From an uncultured virus (IMG/VR IMGVR_UViG_3300034102_001587) (Duplodnaviria > Heunggongvirae > Uroviricota > Caudoviricetes): a stretch of 64,000 nt of DNA. The position numbers were made by a program, and so were the translations under genes. The notes beneath the pieces are model-generated. The model made no database searches, was not told where the DNA came from, and saw only the letters and a program-made list of their open reading frames with translations. The stretch lies in IMG/VR virus record IMGVR_UViG_3300034102_001587, positions 62,001 through 126,000 of that record. The stretch is one strand, 5' to 3'. Positions 57,068 through 64,000 of this stretch are shown here, one piece after another (positions within the stretch are counted from its first letter, which is position 1; every line of letters starts with the position of its first letter).

Positions 57068-57987
57068 AAGCAATACATATAAATTGGACTAAACCATTTT
57101 TTGAAAAAGATAGGTTACGAGGACATGGATTTAAAGTTTTTAAAAACAACAAATCAAAAGAGTATTCATTACCAACTTATCAAATATTAGTTACTAAACT
57201 TTCAATATTAAATTGGAAAAAGTGGAATGGGCCTATAAAATTGTACACCGATAGTATTGGTAAAGCATATTATGATGCGATTGGTTTGTTAGAACTTTAT
57301 GATGAAGTTGATACTGATATATTAGATAATTACAATGATGTAGATGCTGCATATTTTTGGACAAGTGGTAAAATAAATTGTTTACAATATGAAACTGAGC
57401 CATTTGTTTTTATAGATAATGATTTTATTGTAAGGGAAAAAATAAATGAATATAGATTAAAACAATTTGACTTAATAATAGGATATTGGGAAATACCAAG
57501 AGGATATTATTATTTTACCAAATACCAATTTCAGAAAGAAATTAAACATTGCCGCTTTCCTGAAAACTATAATTGTAACTCATTAACGCCAAATACATCA
57601 TTTATGTATTTTAATAATTTGAATTTGGTTAAAGAATATGTTAATGCACATTCTAAATTGGTTGATAATAAAGGGGTTGAAGTTCCTGAATGGTTTTGGT
57701 TAATGACAGACCAAGGTATATTAGGACATTGTATAAGAGAAGGTAACTACAATGTGGGTACAATTACAAATAGAGTATTTTTAAGTGATAGTGACCACAC
57801 CGATTCAACACAAAGATACAAAGGAATGTCAGAACCTTGGTTTCAATTTATTGACACGGATAATGTAGATAAATTTAGTTGGGAGCATCTTTGGTATTTA
57901 AAAGCACATTTTAACGATGATAAAGAAATGATGTTAGAGTATTGTAATCGTTATAATAAAGAAATAAAAATGTTATGCAGTTTATAA
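57058..57987 (+). CDS. Putative GT-A-fold glycosyltransferase-like protein, paralog of the previous gene
   Basis: KLYTD...FWTSGKI...PFVFIDNDF (DxD motif)...PNTSFM...TDQGIL. Confidence 0.6.
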   Translation: MSIKAIHINWTKPFFEKDRLRGHGFKVFKNNKSKEYSLPTYQILVTKLSILNWKKWNGPIKLYTDSIGKAYYDAIGLLELYDEVDTDILDNYNDVDAAYFWTSGKINCLQYETEPFVFIDNDFIVREKINEYRLKQFDLIIGYWEIPRGYYYFTKYQFQKEIKHCRFPENYNCNSLTPNTSFMYFNNLNLVKEYVNAHSKLVDNKGVEVPEWFWLMTDQGILGHCIREGNYNVGTITNRVFLSDSDHTDSTQRYKGMSEPWFQFIDTDNVDKFSWEHLWYLKAHFNDDKEMMLEYCNRYNKEIKMLCSL

Positions 57988-58739
57988 GAATATTTTGGGG
58001 AGATTATAATAGATACGAAAAACAAATTATTGAAGCTAAAAAAGATAATTTAGATGAAAAGGTATTTGTATGGGGATACGATAACTATGTTAAGCTAAAA
58101 GAGTTGGGATACAATTGTGATTTGATAGATATGCAACCATACGATTATACAATAGCTAATGCACATACGTTTAAACATCATAGAAGTTTGATTCACAAAA
58201 TAAAAGGAATTGATATAGCAATGGAAACATATTCCGAAATTGTTTTTTTAGATTGGGATGTTAGAAAGATAAAAGAAATTGATGATAACTTTTATAAATT
58301 ACTAAGAGATAGAGAATGTGATTTACAAGTTCCATTATACACCTATCCAACCAAAGCATTTGATTATTTATTGAATAATATTAAAGATGATTTAATGCAA
58401 AAGTTTTTTAAAAAACTAAAATTGTTTATAGAAAAATACTCCTACACAAAAGAGGGTAATTATATAATACCAAACACCGGATTTTTTTATTGTGCCGATA
58501 AAACAATAGTAGAAGATTTATTAGAAATAATAGATGAGTATAAATTACAAACTGTTCCAGATGAATTATCAGTATTTATATTTTCAAATGCAGATTTTGA
58601 TAGTTACATAAAAAACTATGAACCATTAGTTATTGGCGCAAAACAACATGGTTATGATTGGTGGAACGAAGAAGAAAATGATTTAGAAAAGTATAAATTA
58701 AAAACATTAAAAAAAGAAATATATTTTGAACATCTTTAA
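57975..58739 (+). CDS. Putative nucleotide-sugar transferase-like protein
   Basis: HKIKGID...VFLDWDV (DxD motif)...PNTGFFY...DEL; paralog of 62450..63244. Confidence 0.55.
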   Translation: MQFIRIFWGDYNRYEKQIIEAKKDNLDEKVFVWGYDNYVKLKELGYNCDLIDMQPYDYTIANAHTFKHHRSLIHKIKGIDIAMETYSEIVFLDWDVRKIKEIDDNFYKLLRDRECDLQVPLYTYPTKAFDYLLNNIKDDLMQKFFKKLKLFIEKYSYTKEGNYIIPNTGFFYCADKTIVEDLLEIIDEYKLQTVPDELSVFIFSNADFDSYIKNYEPLVIGAKQHGYDWWNEEENDLEKYKLKTLKKEIYFEHL

Positions 58740-59286
58740 AACATATGTAATATCATTAAGAAGGGATAAAGAACGTAGAGATTGGATGCTATCAATAAAA
58801 GATAAGATAGGATTGAATTTTGATTTTTTTAATGCGGTAACTTCCGAAGATATTACTGAAGTTATAAAAAATGCATATTTTTCACATACCGATTTTCACG
58901 AATGGAATATTGATGATAAAGCAGTGATGGCAACTTTTATGAGTCATATTAGTTTACTTAATATGGCAGTAAAATCTAAAACAAATTTATTGGTTATTGA
59001 GGATGATATAGATATTGTAAACTCATTTGATTGGAATTCTATAAATTTCGATGAGTTTGATTTATTTAGTTTAGGAACAAAATTTGGATGTTATGCTTAT
59101 TTTGTTTCTTATAAAGGAGCAGAAAGTATATTAGAACATTTTTCCAAAACGAAAATTACTCAGGCATATGATTGGGAGTTAGCAAAAATTAATCATCTTA
59201 ATTTTAAATTTGTAGATGAACCTGTATTTGTACAAACCAATAAATTTGTTTCAAACATAGCACCAAATGGATACCAAAAAAAATAG
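58726..59286 (+). CDS. Glycosyltransferase family 25
   Basis: YVISLRRDKERR...FFNAV...SHISLL...LVIEDD...YAYFVS..GA: GT25 motifs. TTG start. Confidence 0.85.
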   Translation: MNIFKTYVISLRRDKERRDWMLSIKDKIGLNFDFFNAVTSEDITEVIKNAYFSHTDFHEWNIDDKAVMATFMSHISLLNMAVKSKTNLLVIEDDIDIVNSFDWNSINFDEFDLFSLGTKFGCYAYFVSYKGAESILEHFSKTKITQAYDWELAKINHLNFKFVDEPVFVQTNKFVSNIAPNGYQKK

Positions 59287-60949
59287 TTATATAATTGGAG
59301 TATCGGCTTATTATCACGACTCATCTGCATGCCTGTTTAAAAATGGCGAATTAATATTTGCCTGCGAAGAAGAAAAATTTACAGGCAAAAAGCATGATAG
59401 TTCATTTCCATTTAATTCAATACGATATATTTTTAAAACATATAAATTATCAAAAAAAGATATTGACGTAGTGTGTTATTATGAAGACCCAAAACTTAAA
59501 TACAAAAGATTAATTCAAAATTTTAAAAATAATTGGTATAGAAGTTTTTGGTATTGTGTAAAGTCTATAATCGGCTTTAAAATAAAAATGATAACTTGTA
59601 AAAACAATTTAGAATTAGTATCTAAAAACGTATTTTATTCAGACCATCATAATTCCCATCTATTTTATTCTTATTATACTTCAAATTTTGATAATGCGAT
59701 AGGTTTAAGTGTAGATGGTGTTGGTGAATTTGATACAACAACTTTTTGTACAATAGAAAATGGTGTCCCTGAAAAAAACACAATTGCAGAGTATCCACAT
59801 TCGTTGGGTTTATTTTATTCAGCGATGACTGCATTTTTAGGATTCAAACCAAATGAAGGTGAGTATAAGGTAATGGGATTGGCAGCTTATGGTAATCCAA
59901 ATGTTTATATGGATAAAGTAAAAAAATTAATATCTTATGAAAATGGTACATTAAAATGCAATATGAAAGTTTTTTGTTGGGATAGAGAAGATTCTTCAAT
60001 GTTTAATGTTAAGTTATGCGAATTGTTGGAAATAGAACCCAAAGATACAAATTTACCAATAGTTCAAATTCATAAAGATTTGGCTGCAGCTGTACAACTA
60101 AACTATGAAAACATATTAATTAAAATTCTTAATGATTTGTACAAAAAATATGAAATAAAAAACTTAATATTAGGGGGTGGTTGTGCATACAATGGTTTGG
60201 CAAATGGAAAAATTTTAAAAAGAACAAAATACAAAAAATTGTGGATACCAGTAGCACCATCCGATGCTGGTTCTTGTGTTGGAGCTTGTTTAAATTATTT
60301 GGCTTCTAAAAATAAAGTATATAAAATAACACCAAACCCATTTTTAGGTCCTTCGTATTTGTATAATAATGTAATCGAAGCAATAGGAAAACTGAAATAC
60401 AAACAATTTACATCTGAAGAAAAAATGTTAAAGGTTGTTGCAAAATTATTATGGGAAGGTAAGATAATTGGGTGGTATCACGGACACAATGAATTTGGAC
60501 AAAGAGCATTGGGAAATCGTTCAATATTGGCAAATCCTTTTATAAATGGTGTAAAAGATAAAATAAATAATATTATAAAACAAAGAGAAAATTTTAGACC
60601 ATTGGCACCTGCAGTAATTGTAGAAAAACAAAATGAATATTTTAATACAATTGGTGATGTACCATATATGAATAAAATTGTTAATGTTAAAAGAAAATAT
60701 AAAAAACTTTTAAAAGAAGTATCAAATGTAGATGGAACAGCTAGAATACAAAGTGTAAATAAAAATACATTGTTTCACAAACTATTATTAGAATTTGAAA
60801 TATTATCGAATCATCCTATTCTTTTAAATACATCATTTAATACAAAAGATAGACCTATGGTTTTGACACCAAAAAACGCAGTAGATTCATATTTAAACAG
60901 TGATATTGATTTGTTAATTATTGGAAATTTTATTATATATAAACATTAA
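59267..60949 (+). CDS. O-carbamoyltransferase (NodU/CmcH/TobZ family)
   Basis: YHDSSACL...EEEKF, HHNSH, DGVGE, SLGLFYS, EYKVMGLAAYG, GGCAYN, DAG, EFGQRALGNRSILA, RPLAP, DGTARIQ and LLNTSFN. Confidence 0.95.
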   Translation: MDTKKNSYIIGVSAYYHDSSACLFKNGELIFACEEEKFTGKKHDSSFPFNSIRYIFKTYKLSKKDIDVVCYYEDPKLKYKRLIQNFKNNWYRSFWYCVKSIIGFKIKMITCKNNLELVSKNVFYSDHHNSHLFYSYYTSNFDNAIGLSVDGVGEFDTTTFCTIENGVPEKNTIAEYPHSLGLFYSAMTAFLGFKPNEGEYKVMGLAAYGNPNVYMDKVKKLISYENGTLKCNMKVFCWDREDSSMFNVKLCELLEIEPKDTNLPIVQIHKDLAAAVQLNYENILIKILNDLYKKYEIKNLILGGGCAYNGLANGKILKRTKYKKLWIPVAPSDAGSCVGACLNYLASKNKVYKITPNPFLGPSYLYNNVIEAIGKLKYKQFTSEEKMLKVVAKLLWEGKIIGWYHGHNEFGQRALGNRSILANPFINGVKDKINNIIKQRENFRPLAPAVIVEKQNEYFNTIGDVPYMNKIVNVKRKYKKLLKEVSNVDGTARIQSVNKNTLFHKLLLEFEILSNHPILLNTSFNTKDRPMVLTPKNAVDSYLNSDIDLLIIGNFIIYKH

Positions 60950-60952
60950 TGT

Positions 60953-61066
60953 ATGAGAATTTTAAAATGGATATTTGAAAAAATAAAAAAATATCAAACT
61001 AGAAAAAGATTGAAAACAAAAATAAAAGAGCTCAAAAAAAGAGACCCATTCACATACCCACATTAA
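60953..61066 (+). CDS. 37-aa basic peptide ending ...KKRDPFTYPH (carbamoyltransferase-associated small protein)
   Basis: ATG 60953 to TAA 61066 fills the gap between two genes; below the ORF-track size cut-off. Confidence 0.7.
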   Translation: MRILKWIFEKIKKYQTRKRLKTKIKELKKRDPFTYPH

Positions 61067-61067
61067 T

Positions 61068-61772
61068 ATGATAAATAAGTTATATACATATGGTTGCTCG
61101 TTTTCATCTGATTGGTGGATTAATGAAGAACAAACTTATACAGCTTTAGTTTCCAAACAATTGCGATGTGATTACATAAGAAGAGCCGAGCCGGCAATAT
61201 GTAATAACGAAATATATCATAGACTTACTAAAGATTTTGAATTATTTAATGAAGGGGATTTTATTATATACCAATTTACAGCATTAGATAGAGGTGGTTA
61301 TTGGGTAAATAACGATTCTTTATATATAACAACATCTTTATTAACAGAAGATATAGATATGAATACTTTAGTTTTAAATGAGTGGGGAGTTGGTAGAGAA
61401 AAGTATGAAATATCTGATTCTGATTTAATTAAATTATTGGATTATAATAATGTTTGGGAAAAGCATTCTCTATTTTACAAATATAATATTGTACACAATA
61501 CTTTGGAATTTTTAAAAGAAAAATATAATGTAAACTATGTTATGTTGTTTTTAGATAATTATTTTCAAAAATTTTGCACAAACAATTATATAGAATTTCC
61601 AATAGAAACAAATTCAAAAAGTGTATCTATAAGAGATTGGGTAGTTATGAATAATTTAACAATAGCAGATTCAAATCCAATTAGACCTAAATGGGATACT
61701 CACCCAAACGAAAAAGCTCAATACCATATAGCTTCTAAAATTTTAAAATTTATAAAAAATGAATGTAAATAA
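61068..61772 (+). CDS. SGNH/GDSL-like esterase or acyltransferase
   Basis: Block I-like YGCSFS and block V-like DTHPN. Confidence 0.7.
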   Translation: MINKLYTYGCSFSSDWWINEEQTYTALVSKQLRCDYIRRAEPAICNNEIYHRLTKDFELFNEGDFIIYQFTALDRGGYWVNNDSLYITTSLLTEDIDMNTLVLNEWGVGREKYEISDSDLIKLLDYNNVWEKHSLFYKYNIVHNTLEFLKEKYNVNYVMLFLDNYFQKFCTNNYIEFPIETNSKSVSIRDWVVMNNLTIADSNPIRPKWDTHPNEKAQYHIASKILKFIKNECK

Positions 61773-62463
61773 AATTTACATATATGGTTGTTCTTTTTCT
61801 GTAAACTTTTGGATAGGTGAAGAAAACATTTACCCAAATTTATTATCAAAACATTTTAATGTTGAATATATTAATAGAGCAGATTCTGCAACATGCCATA
61901 ATGAAGCTTATTTACGATTAACAAATGATTTAAAAAATTTTGAAAAAGATGATTTGATTGTTTATCAATTTACATCATCGGATAGAGAAGGATATATGGT
62001 GAATGACGATTCACTATATTTCACAACAGCAGCATTAACTAAAGATTTAAAAAGATTTGCTTGGATATTGGATAGATGGGGTAAGGGAAGAACTACATAT
62101 AAAGTATCGGATAAGCAATTGGAAATATTATTGGATTATATGGATGGTTGGGTATGTCATACTAAATTTCACAAATTTAACAGAGTTGTAAATACTTTAG
62201 AATTTTTAAAAAATAAAGTTGGTGTAAACTATTGTTTATTATTTTTAGATGATGGATTTGAAAAATATAAAAATCCAAATAAAATTGTTTTTCCTATTAA
62301 AAAAAATAAAAATAATAATTCTATTTTAGATTGGGGTGTTGAAAATAAATTTACATTAGGAGATAGTAGACCAAATGAAGTTCCATATGATAGCCATCCC
62401 GATGAAAACGGCCATTATGGTATATTTGAAAATATAATAAAAAAAATAGATGAAACCAATTAA
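61759..62463 (+). CDS. SGNH/GDSL-like protein, tandem paralog
   Basis: YGCSFS...YQFT..DREGY.VNDDSLY.TT...DSHPD; same length (234 aa) as the upstream paralog. Confidence 0.7.
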   Translation: MNVNKIYIYGCSFSVNFWIGEENIYPNLLSKHFNVEYINRADSATCHNEAYLRLTNDLKNFEKDDLIVYQFTSSDREGYMVNDDSLYFTTAALTKDLKRFAWILDRWGKGRTTYKVSDKQLEILLDYMDGWVCHTKFHKFNRVVNTLEFLKNKVGVNYCLLFLDDGFEKYKNPNKIVFPIKKNKNNNSILDWGVENKFTLGDSRPNEVPYDSHPDENGHYGIFENIIKKIDETN

Positions 62464-63244
62464 AGTTATACGAGCACTTTGGGGCAAGAATTTTGCTATT
62501 CATAAAGAAATTCCTAAATCACCTATATTCAAAGATGAATTAGTTTTTGTATATGGAATTAAAAATGAACAATTTCTAAAAAATTTAGGATACCAAACTA
62601 AACTTATTGGCTATGATGAAACTTTGGAAAATGTATATGATAATCATTTAAAACATTATGGTCATAAATTGGAAGTAATAAAGATGGCTGAGGAAATGTT
62701 TGATGAATACCTTTTTTTAGATTGGGATGTTGGTGTTGTTAAAAACATTGATAATAATTTTTGGCAATTAATACGAAGTGGAAATAATATACAATGTCCA
62801 ATATATGCCTATAACAAAAATTATAGAAATGATATTTTAGAATACTACAAACAAAGAGGAACTCTTACAAATCACATAGATGAATTTTTAAAGTATCATA
62901 TAGAGGGACTAAAAAAATACAGTTGGCAAACAGATGATTTATATGTTTTACCAAACTTTTGTTTCTTTTATTCAAACAAAACTAATTCAGCATCCGAGTT
63001 ACATAAACTAATGGTTGACAATAATTTAGATACTTGTATTGAAGAATTTGCTATGTGGTTATTTTCAAATTGTTCACTAGAGGAATATGTATTAAAGTAT
63101 GAACCATTTGTAATAAGAGGAAAAGAAAAAGATGTGAACTTACCAAATATGGATTGGGCTTTCAAAACGATAAACCAATATGTTGGTGAACGAGTAAAAA
63201 AAGAAATTTATTTATATCATGAACTTCAAACAACCACTAATTAA
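62450..63244 (+). CDS. Putative nucleotide-sugar transferase-like protein
   Basis: IRALWG...HKLEVI...LFLDWDV...QCPIY...PNFCFFY...EEF; paralog of 57975..58739. Confidence 0.55.
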   Translation: MKPIKVIRALWGKNFAIHKEIPKSPIFKDELVFVYGIKNEQFLKNLGYQTKLIGYDETLENVYDNHLKHYGHKLEVIKMAEEMFDEYLFLDWDVGVVKNIDNNFWQLIRSGNNIQCPIYAYNKNYRNDILEYYKQRGTLTNHIDEFLKYHIEGLKKYSWQTDDLYVLPNFCFFYSNKTNSASELHKLMVDNNLDTCIEEFAMWLFSNCSLEEYVLKYEPFVIRGKEKDVNLPNMDWAFKTINQYVGERVKKEIYLYHELQTTTN

Positions 63245-63926
63245 ATCGGACAAAGATAATCTTTATTATCTAGCTCCTATTCCAGTTCTTCGTAAAGAAT
63301 ACGATGATAAACAATTGCATGATTCGGTCTATGTTTATGGTTATAATAAATTAAACAAAACAGAAAAGAAAATGGGGCAGGAATTGCCTGAAAGATATGA
63401 TGAACAAAGGCAGGCAACATATGAAACAAACGATAATAGTGATATGTGGGTTGAAGATACTGAATTTAATCCAATAGGTAGTAGATTTCATACACCACCA
63501 AATAATTTTTTGGATGATGAAAACGAAGGTGTAAAAATAATCAGAAAAAGAATTGAAGATAGTTTTTTTGAACTTTTAGATTCTCTGGAAATACCGCACA
63601 ATCATCAATGTAAAATAACCGAAAGTTGGATACAATATTATGACCCATATGAGGGTAGGGGACACAACCAACATAATCACTGCCGTTGGAAATCCGATGA
63701 AGAACCTAAAGTTGGGTTTAGTGGTGGATATTATCTAAGTGATGGTGAACCGCTAAAAGACCACCCATACAGCGGAGCATTTTGTTTTCACCTAAGAGGT
63801 ATGTCACATTTTGTAAGACCTAAACAAGGAATGTTAATGTTATGGCCAAATGATATAGTTCATTCGGTAAAACCTTTTTATGGTAAAAAACACCGATGTG
63901 TAATTAATTTTAATTTGGAAATCTAA
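63219..63926 (+). CDS. 2OG-Fe(II) oxygenase superfamily protein
   Basis: ESWIQ..., HNQHNH, FSGGYYL, PKQGMLMLWP..IVHSVKPF...RCVINFN (metal-binding His residues and 2OG-binding Arg). Confidence 0.8.
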   Translation: MNFKQPLIKSDKDNLYYLAPIPVLRKEYDDKQLHDSVYVYGYNKLNKTEKKMGQELPERYDEQRQATYETNDNSDMWVEDTEFNPIGSRFHTPPNNFLDDENEGVKIIRKRIEDSFFELLDSLEIPHNHQCKITESWIQYYDPYEGRGHNQHNHCRWKSDEEPKVGFSGGYYLSDGEPLKDHPYSGAFCFHLRGMSHFVRPKQGMLMLWPNDIVHSVKPFYGKKHRCVINFNLEI

Positions 63927-63945
63927 ATATTTTTTCTTATATTTG
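63914..63945 (+). promoter_or_regulatory. Bacteroidota sigma-70-type promoter (-33 TTTG, 20-nt spacer, -7 TATATTTG)
   Basis: TTTG 63914-63917 and TATATTTG 63938-63945 match the TTTG-N19-21-TAnnTTTG consensus; TATTTATT follows at 63946-63953. Confidence 0.65.
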
Positions 63946-63958
63946 TATTTATTGATAT

Positions 63959-64000
63959 GGGGATGTTTTGGAATTGATTGCGATGCGAAACATAGTATCA
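63959..64000 (+). ncRNA. ssrA: tmRNA 5' end (truncated by the window edge)
   Basis: GGGGATGTTTTGGAATTGATTGCG resembles the conserved tmRNA 5' end (GGGGnnG acceptor strand, then a GG...TTGAy D-loop analogue) and sits just downstream of a promoter. Only 42 nt are visible. Confidence 0.6.

Noticed and set aside
63219..63926. 2OG-Fe(II) oxygenase as a prolyl hydroxylase for the collagen-like tracts
   Set aside because: The Gly-X-Y tracts contain essentially no proline.
1..64000. Alternative genetic code (stop-codon reassignment)
   Set aside because: Code 11 gives intact, densely packed ORFs up to 14 kb, and TAA, TAG and TGA all end genes at sensible positions.

Overview
A 64-kb, AT-rich stretch of a large myovirus (probably jumbo phage) late/structural region, with all credible genes on the + strand. 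In order it holds: neck and tail-terminator genes; three giant virion/fibre genes (3058, 4539 and ~4716 aa, ~37 kb together) with small accessory genes; tail sheath and tube; a tail chaperone with a probable programmed frameshift; tape measure and partial baseplate genes; an overlapping cluster of glycosyltransferase-like, carbamoyltransferase, SGNH and 2OG-Fe(II) oxygenase genes; and the 5' end of a probable tmRNA gene. A TTTG-N20-TAnnTTTG promoter and A-rich leaders without clear Shine-Dalgarno sequences suggest a Bacteroidota host. The most striking observations are: (1) 15 tandem ~108-aa domains, each carrying a phycobiliprotein-like Cys-x-Arg-Asp motif; (2) ~2000 residues of nearly proline-free (Gly-Ser-Ser)n in two fibres, with a glycan-modification cluster downstream that may form a virion glycosylation system; (3) an intact type-1 copper site inside a fibre; (4) a recurrent TATTTAT(A/T) candidate late promoter. 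All family assignments come from motif recognition by eye; no searches were run.
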